From a virus (lineage: Duplodnaviria; Caudoviricetes), in the IMG/VR virus record IMGVR_UViG_3300037067_026718, positions 93,673 to 157,672 of that record: a stretch of DNA of 64,000 nucleotides; one strand, given 5' to 3'. The notes beneath the pieces are model-generated. The model saw only the letters and a list, made by a program, of their open reading frames with translations, was not told the origin of the DNA and searched no databases. Positions 9,377-18,441 of this stretch are shown here, piece after piece; position 1 is the first letter of the stretch; every line of letters starts with the position of its first letter. Made by a program: the position numbers and the translations under genes.

Positions 9377-11491
9377 CTAGAGCTCCTCAGCCTGGGTTGA
9401 GCCATTCAAGAGGTTCCTGGTGGCTTCCTTGACGAGGTTGTCTATATTGTCGCTGTTCAATACCTCGCCGTCGAAATACGTTACGTCCACAGGAACATTC
9501 CAATTTTCCTGGAAGAAGGAATATGCTTCGAAATAGACTTCCTGGCGTTCCCTGATGTAACATCCGGCTATCTTGGCATCGTCGGGGATTTTGTCTCCTA
9601 TTTCAAGGTCGCCCATGTCCTCGAGGGACACCGCCGATGTCCTGATGCTCACCCCGCCAAGGGCGATATTCCCGTCCTGAGACCACTTGCATCTCATGAA
9701 ATCAGAGAGCCACTGGTTCTTCGTTATGGGTGTTCTTCTTCCATATGCCCGGGCAAAGGCGAACTTGTTCGGAGACAGGTTATACATCTCATAGAGCTTG
9801 TCGGTGGCGTTCTTTATCGCCAAAGGATCGGCCTTGGCGGCCCGTAGGTCTTCATCGCTCATGTCTGCCACCAGAAGATGGGCCAGGATGGAAAGGTCGC
9901 TGTAGGTATCTTCAGCTTCCCTGCTTCTGGGTATCTCGTCTTCGAAGGGCAGGCCGACCAACCGAGGGTACAGGTAAGACCCGATATGCTCGGGAGCGAA
10001 GAACCTGTGTTCAAGCCAGGCGCCGCCTTCATTTGCGGTGACTGGTTCCTGATAAGGCCGCATGCCGTCGAAGTGATAGTCTGTCCTCTGGCTGCTGCCA
10101 GCGACATAAGACATCGTCACCCCTGCGAGACGTCCGATTTTATGCTGACCGTTCCTGGCGAGGACAAGAGATGGAAACCCGGGGACAACCGAGAAATTGA
10201 GGAAGTTGCTTGAAAGAGAAGTGTGATGGACGTGCTGGGCCTTGTAATACTGCAGCTCCATGTACTGCTTGATGTATTCACTGCCCATGTCGCCCACGTA
10301 CTCAGGACGGTTGAGCGATGCGTTGTGGTGGACTACTCCTGAATAACGCTCCTGGGGCAGATTGAAGTAACGGCCTTTCTTCTTCTCGGAGACATTCTCG
10401 CCTTCGGTCGCCTTGATGCCGTCCTCGAGTTCCTGGGGAAGGATTATGGTGGTCTGAGTAGAGCTGTTGGTCTGCAGGCCTCCGCGTCCTCCCACCCGGG
10501 CGATCATCCTCGTGGGGATCTCTCCAAAATCGATGCTGTGCTGCCAATCCTGGTAGTCGCACGTGAAGATCACGTTGAACCTCGGGGGAGGCGACAACTG
10601 CCCTATGTCTGGCATCATGAGAAGGTCACCGACCAACACATCGTATGGATTCTCGAGTACTACTTCATTGATCGTCTTCTCTTCGCTGTCGAACTTGGGA
10701 TTAAGGAATGACGGACAGGGGATATTCAATACTTCGTAATCGAGGAGCTGGAGAATAGTAAAAAGGAGCTGGGACACCGGCGCCGTACCGGTCATCTTGT
10801 TGACGGTCTTCTCCAGGATCTTTTCAAGCCTTGAGCCTTCGAAATACCCCAGAGCTTTGGGGTTTGATACGATGTTGATCCTTCTCTCGAGGCGCTGAAG
10901 CCTCCAGAGTATGTGAAGCCGCTCGGTGGTATTCAGGCCGGCATCTTTCAGGATATCCATCAAACCCTCGGCCAAACCCTTTTCTTTGAGCTTGGCAGAC
11001 AGGTCGCTGTAGGAAAGCGTACCGAGCTGGTCTTTCCAGTCGGAGGTTTCCAGCCCCATGCTGCTCCCGCGGTCTACCATGTAACGATGGCACTCGCTCA
11101 TGAAGTTGGCACTCCCGGCGGCTGTAATAGTCATGAGATGCTGGGGGCCCACATGGGATTGAGTGACTTTCCCGAACAGACGGCCTTCCACTACGAACTG
11201 GTCTATATCAGTCAAATCGTCATAGGCGAAGATCTGAACGTATGTATCGGGCTGAACTCCCTTGAGGTCGATGTCATTCAGAATGGTCAGGCCTTGATCA
11301 TCAACGCCGCCATCCACGCTTTTGAAAACACGATGCGAAATGGGGTCCAACAGAGGAACATACGGAAGAGTCAGGCTGATGACGGCCGGCGAATCGACTT
11401 TGAATGAAAACTGGGCCATCAGAACAGGTAGAGGCACTCCTTCCAAAAGCGCAGTGAGCCGGATATTCGGACTAAACTCAGCCTGGCTCAT
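9377..11491 (-). CDS. Putative baseplate hub protein (gp27/gpD-like)
   Basis: True start MSQAEF at 11491 overlaps the upstream stop (TGATG); 704 aa; position two genes after the tape measure. Confidence 0.5.
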   Translation of the reverse strand: MSQAEFSPNIRLTALLEGVPLPVLMAQFSFKVDSPAVISLTLPYVPLLDPISHRVFKSVDGGVDDQGLTILNDIDLKGVQPDTYVQIFAYDDLTDIDQFVVEGRLFGKVTQSHVGPQHLMTITAAGSANFMSECHRYMVDRGSSMGLETSDWKDQLGTLSYSDLSAKLKEKGLAEGLMDILKDAGLNTTERLHILWRLQRLERRINIVSNPKALGYFEGSRLEKILEKTVNKMTGTAPVSQLLFTILQLLDYEVLNIPCPSFLNPKFDSEEKTINEVVLENPYDVLVGDLLMMPDIGQLSPPPRFNVIFTCDYQDWQHSIDFGEIPTRMIARVGGRGGLQTNSSTQTTIILPQELEDGIKATEGENVSEKKKGRYFNLPQERYSGVVHHNASLNRPEYVGDMGSEYIKQYMELQYYKAQHVHHTSLSSNFLNFSVVPGFPSLVLARNGQHKIGRLAGVTMSYVAGSSQRTDYHFDGMRPYQEPVTANEGGAWLEHRFFAPEHIGSYLYPRLVGLPFEDEIPRSREAEDTYSDLSILAHLLVADMSDEDLRAAKADPLAIKNATDKLYEMYNLSPNKFAFARAYGRRTPITKNQWLSDFMRCKWSQDGNIALGGVSIRTSAVSLEDMGDLEIGDKIPDDAKIAGCYIRERQEVYFEAYSFFQENWNVPVDVTYFDGEVLNSDNIDNLVKEATRNLLNGSTQAEEL

Positions 11492-12699
11492 CAGGATTCT
11501 CCCTGCAAAGCATCCGAAGCAGCAGCGGATACCACTTCTCCCGCTGCTTCTGCATCCGTGGCGGAGCCTTCCGGATCCAACGGCTTCGATGGAAGGGCAT
11601 ACTCTACTCCGGTCTGGAGCAATCCCTGGGTGTCGGCCGACCCCACCAATTTTCCGATCTGCCCGTAGAACTGCTCGGAAGTTCCTTTGAACCGTTGGAA
11701 GTTCTGTCCGTTCTGAGAATAGACATTCATTCTCGGCAATGGGATGCGATCGGTTATGTACATCTGGAAGCTGAATGGAACCTCCGGCTCTCTGACGGCG
11801 TTTTCGAACAGGTTCAAATTGAGAAGATAGCCGCCGATGATGGTCGCCTTGTAGAGAATGTAGACTCTCCACTTCCTTCTGGCCAAAACGCTGCCTCGAG
11901 CCAGTTTGTCGTAGACTTGTTCCCATGACCGCATCCAGTCGAAGTTCTGGCAGTCTATGAGTTTACCGGAGACGGTGGATACCTGGGGGCCTTCTTCACT
12001 GAACGATCCTACGTATCCTTCCGTGGAGCGTGTGAAGTTGACGCTTTCCTTCCTGGAGCTTTGAATGTCTTCTATCGATATGTTGGTAGTGGCGTAGATG
12101 ACTTCGCCATCGATGCTCATGATCCTGAATGTGGCGTAGCGTTCCGGATGCATGGCGATGCCGCCGTGGATACCGGGACGACGAGCCGGAAGGAAACCGG
12201 CCTGAACGGCGTAGTAGATGTCGAATTTTCTCTGGTCGACTTCGGGGCCTTCATAAAGGTTACCGGCAATAAGCTCGGGATCCAAGGCTCTTATGCCTCC
12301 AGGGCCTCCGCTGCCGCCCAAGGATCCACCTTCGACAGTGTAAGCTTCTCTTGGATATATATAAGTTCTATCTTGCCTTATCTGCTGGTCCGTTATTATA
12401 TATTCTAACCCTTGGTCAACAAGATAATCATACATAAGACCATTACCAACGGAATTTGAATGCCGATATTCGCTTGTTTGAAAAAGCATTCCAAGTATAG
12501 GAGGTGATGAAAAAAGGGCGTCTATGTTGTCCTGATGAGTAAGAGTGTCATTGACAAGAGTACCAGCGGATTGTCTAACCGTCAGCCTGCCAATAATCGC
12601 ATCTTTACATTGCAGTTCTGATAGGTTGGAACCGGCTGGTACAGAGATGCTGCTTACTTGCTGGTCTATAAAGCCTGTTATATTTCCAAATATTGACAT
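11491..12699 (-). CDS. Putative tail-tube initiator/baseplate protein
   Basis: 402 aa, immediately after the tape measure (TAATG overlap); C-terminal half is beta-rich, tube-like. Confidence 0.45.
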   Translation of the reverse strand: MSIFGNITGFIDQQVSSISVPAGSNLSELQCKDAIIGRLTVRQSAGTLVNDTLTHQDNIDALFSSPPILGMLFQTSEYRHSNSVGNGLMYDYLVDQGLEYIITDQQIRQDRTYIYPREAYTVEGGSLGGSGGPGGIRALDPELIAGNLYEGPEVDQRKFDIYYAVQAGFLPARRPGIHGGIAMHPERYATFRIMSIDGEVIYATTNISIEDIQSSRKESVNFTRSTEGYVGSFSEEGPQVSTVSGKLIDCQNFDWMRSWEQVYDKLARGSVLARRKWRVYILYKATIIGGYLLNLNLFENAVREPEVPFSFQMYITDRIPLPRMNVYSQNGQNFQRFKGTSEQFYGQIGKLVGSADTQGLLQTGVEYALPSKPLDPEGSATDAEAAGEVVSAAASDALQGES

Positions 12700-15600
12700 T
12701 AACTTCCTCCCACGAATCTTCTTATTACTCCCATTGCTCCGCCAACGCCGCTGTCATTAGTAGGAGGTGACCAACCCGGGAGAAATCCTTCGTCCCAGTT
12801 CACTATGTACGAAAACACAGCATCACCGCGAGATGTTCCTCTGGGCGCTCCATCGGTTCCCGGTCCTTCTGTCAGCCTGAATTGGCCTGGCCTGAGAGGC
12901 GTCTCTACGTTCTCACTGGGCTGCAGTTGAATGTTGAAATGTTCCTGGGCCTGGGCATGAGTAATAAATCCGCCTTCTTTTTCCAAAAGGTCCATCAAGC
13001 CGGAAGGAAGATCTGCTGCAGCAATCGTTGCTTTTGCGCTGGCGTCCAGATTATTGTACCCTCCAGGCGCGAACATTGCATTCGCCATGTCTTCTGTTAT
13101 TCCCGAATTGGATGTTGTGATCCCCGCCACTATTTCAGAACGAGCTTGTATAAGGTCAGCAGAGCTGCTTGCCACTACAGCCCCGGCAAAGCCTTCTCCT
13201 GGAAGAACTTGACCGCCAAGAGCCTGGATAGCGGCTCCTTTGTCTATGTAAGCGGAATGGATCCCCTGGTCGAACGAAGAATTCTCGTTACGCTCCATCT
13301 CGTTTACAAGCGCCCTGGTCTGCTCCAACTGCTGATTTTCTGCTTCAGTCCTGTTGCTCTTGGATTCCAGAATATTCATGGTCTCGTAAGCAAACCCATA
13401 TCTACTGAGTTCCTGGACCTGATCCTCACTGAGCCCCATGACCTGCGTGGTACGGTTAAACTGGGCTACTGCGCCTTGATCTACTCCAGTCAGTCTGGCT
13501 TCAGTGCTTTGGTCAACGGCCTGTCTCGCAGTTGCCGCCAGATTTTCTGCTCCAGCAGCCACTACGTCGTCATCGAAGTTGCCCCATTCAGGGAAGTTGG
13601 AACCGATGTAGTAATTGACAGCTCTCTGCGTATTGGGATCCAATGCATCCCAGCTTTTGTTATAAAGCTGTTGTACATAGGCTTCTACAGCGGCGAATCT
13701 TTCATTTGGATCGCCTGAGCTTCTACCCCTGGTAGCGGCATCCCATGCTCCTGCGTTGTTCGAATCTATGGTTCTTCTCTTGAGATCATTCCATTCCGGA
13801 TCGCCTGAGGTAATGATTTCTGAAACGCTCTGCATGGCTTCCGGAGTGTACTGCTGCTGAGCAAACTCCAAGGACCTCTGCGCTTGTGTGAAAGCAAACC
13901 CGGCGCCTTCATCGTTACCTATAACGCCCAACTGACCTCTGGTATTCAAAGCATCAAGGATAAGAGCATCATCACGGGACGCTCCGAACCAACCACCAGG
14001 AGCAAATGCCTGCTCTTGAGCCACTGACCGGTCATTCAGATCTTCCAAAACTTCACCAAGCGGTGCATCCGTTCCATTTAGAACATAATTGACAGCGGAT
14101 CCTGCCGTTATTGTTTCAGTAGATGTAAAACGACTGTTGAAAATAGATTGAACATTGTTTGCCCCTTGTTCCAATCCAAGGATTCTCATTACAGAATCAT
14201 TAGCATCTACTCCCCATTTCACTAACCCAGTAACCTGTGAATCAACCCAACGCCCTGCTCCGCCTATGGTGCTCAGAATAGAGGAGTTTCTCACCCGCTC
14301 AGACCATGGTTGTCCTGCTGCCAACTGTCCGGACTGCAGACCAGGCCACATATCTGCATATACTTCAAAAGCGCTTTTTTCTCTCGTAACATTCGCTACA
14401 ATCTGGCCGTCTTCAACGCCGAAACCATTGATCACGGACTGAGCCTGACTGGTATCACCAAACCCTGTACCCATGGTATTGGTGGATCCAACGCCGGCAA
14501 ACGGCTGCAGTAATTCCATCGCTTCATCTGAAGTCATCGTTCCATCTGATACCCATCTGTTGGCGCTGCGGAGAAGCATTACGGCATCCATGGAATTGTT
14601 GCCCATATATCCCGCTGCTCCTGCTTCACCAGCCTGAAGTGCGGGAAGATAGTCTGCTGCTCCAGCATAAGCAGGATCAGCCATCTTCATCAATAGATCG
14701 GTAGCATATGATCCTTCTACAGCCTGAAGATCCAACTGAGAAGCAGTGAATCCAGCCCCGGACACAGTGCTCATGGCCGATGATACCATCAAGTCCCGGG
14801 CGATCATGGATTCTTCCCGCAAAGCCCGGTTATGGAAGGCTCCCTGAGCGGTAGCCAATGTCGCACGTATATCGTACGAAGGGTCGGTCCGTGCTCTGTA
14901 ATTGTCAATGTTGGCGAGGGCAGCAGCAGGGCTGTCGTAAATGCCTTGGTCGGCCAGCTCAATGGACTGGGCAATGGGGTCGTCTATATCCCGTCTCTCG
15001 AGGCCTCCCAACAACTGGCCTACATAAGCGTCCCCCCATTGATCAGGCATCTGTGAGGCTTGTATGGCGCCTCTATGACGGGCAAGCAGACGGTCCTCTC
15101 TTGACATGCCTTCGAGAGTAGTCCCGACCGACTCCGGCCTTTTTTCACCGGAGAGGATTTCGTCCATCCCGCCGGCGCCCGAAACACCCATCCATCCCAG
15201 CATGAAAGGATCTGCCATGAAAGCAGCTCCCCGGGCTTCATAACCAAGGCCTACTTCTTCGAATCCACCTGCCTGGTTCCATGCTGTCTGAGATCCAGAG
15301 GCTCTGTAAACCATGTCACTGTTGGCTATGTTGGTGGCGATGGATGTAACCACGTCAATGTTTCTTAAACCCATCCCGTTCCATGGTCCCATCGCTTCAA
15401 GAGATTCGGACAGCAGCCGCTCTCCCGGAATTCCAGAAGCCTGAGAAAGATTTTGGATACCCGAGATGAAGCCGCCCATCTCACCAAAGGTGATACCGGT
15501 ACCGGCCGATATAAGGGATTGACCGTACTGGCCCATTTCTTCGATCCCCATGCCGGTCTGTCTGAAGAACTCCTTGAACTTCTCAAGAGTGGCCAAGGTC

Positions 15601-16241
15601 TTTTCTATGCGGTCGTCGAGCGATGACAGGTCGTCAAACTCGCCCAACTGGCTCATGGTTTGCATCATGCGGCCAAATTCTACGCCTTGGAATCCGCCTT
15701 CCTGCATTCTCGCATAGATGTCCTCACCGTAACCCTGGGCATCAGCCCTTGTGATGGATCTCGACTGACCAAAGGTGCGGGGGCCTTCGTAAGCGAACTG
15801 ATGCACTGCAGAACCTATCAAGCCCTCCATCTGGCTGTCCCATGTTGCCACCGGCGGCTGGTCAAGAACACCGAGATCTTCAGCAATACCTTTCATCAAA
15901 GCATCGGCAGCAACAAAAATGGGCAGAGACAAGATACCTCCGCCGGCGAAAGCGCTGACCGCTCCTGCCGCCAACCCTGTAGTGAGCTCGAGCATGAGTT
16001 CTTTGTCCTGCCTTGCCAGCGCTGCTTCGCGCATGGCACTGGAAGCCTCCAAAGCTCCTATGAGCTCCATGGATGGCATCATATTGGACTGGTATGATTC
16101 GGTGCGCGAACTCTGATATGGGTTCTGGGGACGTATGATGTTTTCCGCCGGGGCCATCTGGTCGTTGGCCATCGCGGAAGAACTGTAAAGATCCTGACTC
16201 ACCCGATTAAGCTCTGAGCCCATTGGGTAGGTATCAGCCAC
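12699..16241 (-). CDS. Tape measure protein
   Basis: 1180 aa, Ala/Gly/Gln-rich helical with a hydrophobic segment; directly after the frameshifting chaperone pair. Confidence 0.75.
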   Translation of the reverse strand: MADTYPMGSELNRVSQDLYSSSAMANDQMAPAENIIRPQNPYQSSRTESYQSNMMPSMELIGALEASSAMREAALARQDKELMLELTTGLAAGAVSAFAGGGILSLPIFVAADALMKGIAEDLGVLDQPPVATWDSQMEGLIGSAVHQFAYEGPRTFGQSRSITRADAQGYGEDIYARMQEGGFQGVEFGRMMQTMSQLGEFDDLSSLDDRIEKTLATLEKFKEFFRQTGMGIEEMGQYGQSLISAGTGITFGEMGGFISGIQNLSQASGIPGERLLSESLEAMGPWNGMGLRNIDVVTSIATNIANSDMVYRASGSQTAWNQAGGFEEVGLGYEARGAAFMADPFMLGWMGVSGAGGMDEILSGEKRPESVGTTLEGMSREDRLLARHRGAIQASQMPDQWGDAYVGQLLGGLERRDIDDPIAQSIELADQGIYDSPAAALANIDNYRARTDPSYDIRATLATAQGAFHNRALREESMIARDLMVSSAMSTVSGAGFTASQLDLQAVEGSYATDLLMKMADPAYAGAADYLPALQAGEAGAAGYMGNNSMDAVMLLRSANRWVSDGTMTSDEAMELLQPFAGVGSTNTMGTGFGDTSQAQSVINGFGVEDGQIVANVTREKSAFEVYADMWPGLQSGQLAAGQPWSERVRNSSILSTIGGAGRWVDSQVTGLVKWGVDANDSVMRILGLEQGANNVQSIFNSRFTSTETITAGSAVNYVLNGTDAPLGEVLEDLNDRSVAQEQAFAPGGWFGASRDDALILDALNTRGQLGVIGNDEGAGFAFTQAQRSLEFAQQQYTPEAMQSVSEIITSGDPEWNDLKRRTIDSNNAGAWDAATRGRSSGDPNERFAAVEAYVQQLYNKSWDALDPNTQRAVNYYIGSNFPEWGNFDDDVVAAGAENLAATARQAVDQSTEARLTGVDQGAVAQFNRTTQVMGLSEDQVQELSRYGFAYETMNILESKSNRTEAENQQLEQTRALVNEMERNENSSFDQGIHSAYIDKGAAIQALGGQVLPGEGFAGAVVASSSADLIQARSEIVAGITTSNSGITEDMANAMFAPGGYNNLDASAKATIAAADLPSGLMDLLEKEGGFITHAQAQEHFNIQLQPSENVETPLRPGQFRLTEGPGTDGAPRGTSRGDAVFSYIVNWDEGFLPGWSPPTNDSGVGGAMGVIRRFVGGS

Positions 16242-16626
16242 TTGGTTTTTCCTCTCTCCATTCCTTTATTATACGCGAAGCCTCTCCGGGTTCAAGCCTC
16301 TGGAACGGAGGTAGTCCACCTTCAAGCGGTGCGTTCAATCCCTTGATCCTTATGTTTCTTCCCATGAGGTTGGAATTGAGCACGGCATTCGTAAGCTCTG
16401 TCGCCGATATAATGTAAGAAGTCCATGGCATAAACTTCTCTCTGACTGTCGCTTCCAGCTCTGGAGTCATCCTGGGGCTTGCAGACATAGCCTTGACATA
16501 CTCCCTCTCCTGGTATTTCTGCGTGGCAAAGACAGCAAATTTGAGCTGGAGATCGTTGTCTATCCCTGATCTTCCCCCGCGGTATTCTTCTCCAAGGTAG
16601 AATCCGTACGGGGTTCGGAGAAAAAA
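16234..16626 (-). CDS. Tail assembly chaperone, -1 frame extension (GT-type)
   Basis: Open -1 frame (FFLRTPYGFYLGEEY...) entered at slippery T TTT TTC; ends overlapping the TMP start. Confidence 0.7.
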   Translation of the reverse strand, partial: FFLRTPYGFYLGEEYRGGRSGIDNDLQLKFAVFATQKYQEREYVKAMSASPRMTPELEATVREKFMPWTSYIISATELTNAVLNSNLMGRNIRIKGLNAPLEGGLPPFQRLEPGEASRIIKEWREEKPSG

Positions 16627-17195
16627 TCGAGTGCCTTCACCTTGAAAAGGGACTCGATCTTGCTCATGAAGGCGCCGAGAACTGCAAAAGCGTTTCTCTT
16701 GAGCTCGGGATGCCATTCATCGGCGATGACCTTGGCGGTGTCGTTCAGCTTCGCAACGAAGTCAATACCGGCCTTGGGATCCGATCCGGCGGCAGGAATT
16801 GCCGGGACTTCTACCAGAACGTCATTGATCTTTCTCAGAGACAAGGCCATGATGTAGATCATTTCGGCCTGTCCATCTATCTCCAGCTTGGACCCCGGGA
16901 TAATGTTTTTGGTATCGGGATCAAAAACATCTTTGTAGTTGGTGATGGCCAAGCGCCTGGCTGCAGTGAACTCTTTTCCGAAGAGCGACTGAAACTCCAT
17001 GGTGGTGCTTTTGGCAACCATCTGGTCTCCGCTGTAAACGCGCTGTCCGGTGAGTATTTTGGCAATAGCCTGGTTTTCTTCATCAGTGTTCGTGTCTTCT
17101 GCTTTTTTTGATGCCACGTCCTTACTGACGGCTGCAAGGGCATCCCTTAGAGGCAACCCCGACGCCAGCAGGCTGGTCTTACCAAGTTCCGGCAT
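16560..17195 (-). CDS. Tail assembly chaperone (G-type)
   Basis: Start MPELGK with GGGAGG SD; 211 aa; ends ...KALDFFSEPR...; located between tube and TMP. Confidence 0.7.
   Translation of the reverse strand: MPELGKTSLLASGLPLRDALAAVSKDVASKKAEDTNTDEENQAIAKILTGQRVYSGDQMVAKSTTMEFQSLFGKEFTAARRLAITNYKDVFDPDTKNIIPGSKLEIDGQAEMIYIMALSLRKINDVLVEVPAIPAAGSDPKAGIDFVAKLNDTAKVIADEWHPELKRNAFAVLGAFMSKIESLFKVKALDFFSEPRTDSTLEKNTAGEDQG
16620..16626 (-). promoter_or_regulatory. Programmed -1 ribosomal frameshift site U UUU UUC
   Basis: Minus strand GAT TTT TTC in frame with the chaperone; -1 frame open to 16234. Confidence 0.75.
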
Positions 17196-17368
17196 AATCC
17201 CTCCCTGTGTTGAAAGTGCAAGGGTAAGATGGTCGTTAAGCAAGGGAGAGTCAATGAGGTAAGTAAAAAAAAAGAGACAACCTGCTTCCAGGTACCTGTA
17301 CTGTTATCTTATCTATCTTATAGTTATACCTGATTAAAGTAGTTTTTGGAGAGAAGAGTCTTTGCTGA

Positions 17369-17401
17369 GAAACAGAACGCCCCGGCGGTTTTGCCGGGGC
17401 G
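17369..17401 (-). terminator. Probable intrinsic terminator after the mini-NrdD gene
   Basis: cgccccggc/gccggggcg stem followed by TTCTGTTTCT on the minus strand. Confidence 0.55.
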
Positions 17402-17447
17402 CCCGGGGAGTGCAAGGCCAAAAGGCCTTTGCTTATATAACCAAGGG

Positions 17448-17651
17448 TTAGAGGCGGAGCAAGCTTTCAACCATGTCCTTCTCGGAATGGTTATGCCGTT
17501 CTTTCCATTCTTCCTGCTTGCCTCTGTTCCAGTCCTGGACCGGTCGGTAGTAGCCAACGATCCGCGAGAAGACCTCGCATTTAACGCCCTTGATTTGTCT
17601 TGTTGTTGATGCCTTCTTGACATCTTCTTGCTGCGTAAGTACATTAGGCAT
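17448..17651 (-). CDS. Stand-alone NrdD-type glycyl-radical domain peptide (67 aa)
   Basis: 'KCEVFSRIVGYYRPVQDWNRGKQEEWKER' matches the C-terminal glycyl-radical loop of class III ribonucleotide reductase; AAGGAG SD. Confidence 0.8.
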   Translation of the reverse strand: MPNVLTQQEDVKKASTTRQIKGVKCEVFSRIVGYYRPVQDWNRGKQEEWKERHNHSEKDMVESLLRL

Positions 17652-17790
17652 AAGAAACTCCTTTCTGGAGAATCTCGGGGGATTCAGGAACGACTCGAGG
17701 CGGAAGTTACAGGCTCCCGCCTCGCTTCTTTATCTCACGTCACGGCGTCTGATATTGTCATAGTTCAAGGCATTACCTCCTGAATAGATA

Positions 17791-17817
17791 GCCCCCGCCA
17801 TACAAACGACGGGGGCA
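17791..17817 (-). terminator. Hairpin after the tail tube gene (terminator or mRNA stabiliser)
   Basis: gcccccg...cgggggc inverted repeat just after the tube stop; weak U-tract. Confidence 0.45.
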
Positions 17818-17827
17818 TCATTCATTC

Positions 17828-18430
17828 CTAGCCTTCGATCAAGCCCGGGTCGACCTGATAGATCTCCTGGTACATGATCGATGCGTTCTCGGCTGCCATG
17901 TTGGTTCCGCTCGTCATGCTCAAGCTGTGCCCCGAGATGTAGCACACCTCGAAGAACAGGCCGGCATAGAGCTGCATGCGCATGTCGAACATCAGGAAGA
18001 ACAGACCTGTCGGATTGTTGAACAACTCGGAGTTGACGTTGAAGAAAGCTGATCCGAAACCCGGCTTCCTGAAGAATGCCTGAGCCTCTTCATCGGTAAC
18101 ATCGGGATAGAGGGCTCTCAGAAGGCTGGGACCTGCAAAGAGCATCCTTCCGATGGCAAGAGATCCAGCACCACGGCCCGGCACCAGGAAGTTGCCACGA
18201 GAACCGATCTCGAAGCCTCTCCCTATCTGTTTGCCTTCGCGGTGTCCGAACTGCTGGACAAGACCAACGGTTTTGATGCTGTCCAGATTGGTGTTGTTCG
18301 AGAATACTGGATCACCTACGCAAACAATCGATGACTCGGCATTGATGTGCTTGCCCAGGTAGTCTTCCGCCGAGTCATGGCCTACCCAGCCCTTCCTGTA
18401 TTCCCAGTCCTTCAGCAGGTTGCTACCCAT
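17828..18430 (-). CDS. Tail tube protein
   Basis: 200 aa directly after the sheath; 'FEIGSRGNFLVPGR', 'FFEVCYISGHSLSM...ENASIMY' tube-like pattern. Confidence 0.7.
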   Translation of the reverse strand: MGSNLLKDWEYRKGWVGHDSAEDYLGKHINAESSIVCVGDPVFSNNTNLDSIKTVGLVQQFGHREGKQIGRGFEIGSRGNFLVPGRGAGSLAIGRMLFAGPSLLRALYPDVTDEEAQAFFRKPGFGSAFFNVNSELFNNPTGLFFLMFDMRMQLYAGLFFEVCYISGHSLSMTSGTNMAAENASIMYQEIYQVDPGLIEG

Positions 18431-18441
18431 GGCTTCTCTCC

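Noticed and set aside
11492-11926. N-terminal 145 aa of the 849-aa track ORF
   Set aside because: Overlaps the 402-aa gene out of frame and is Arg-rich nonsense; the TGATG-coupled start at 11491 is more plausible.
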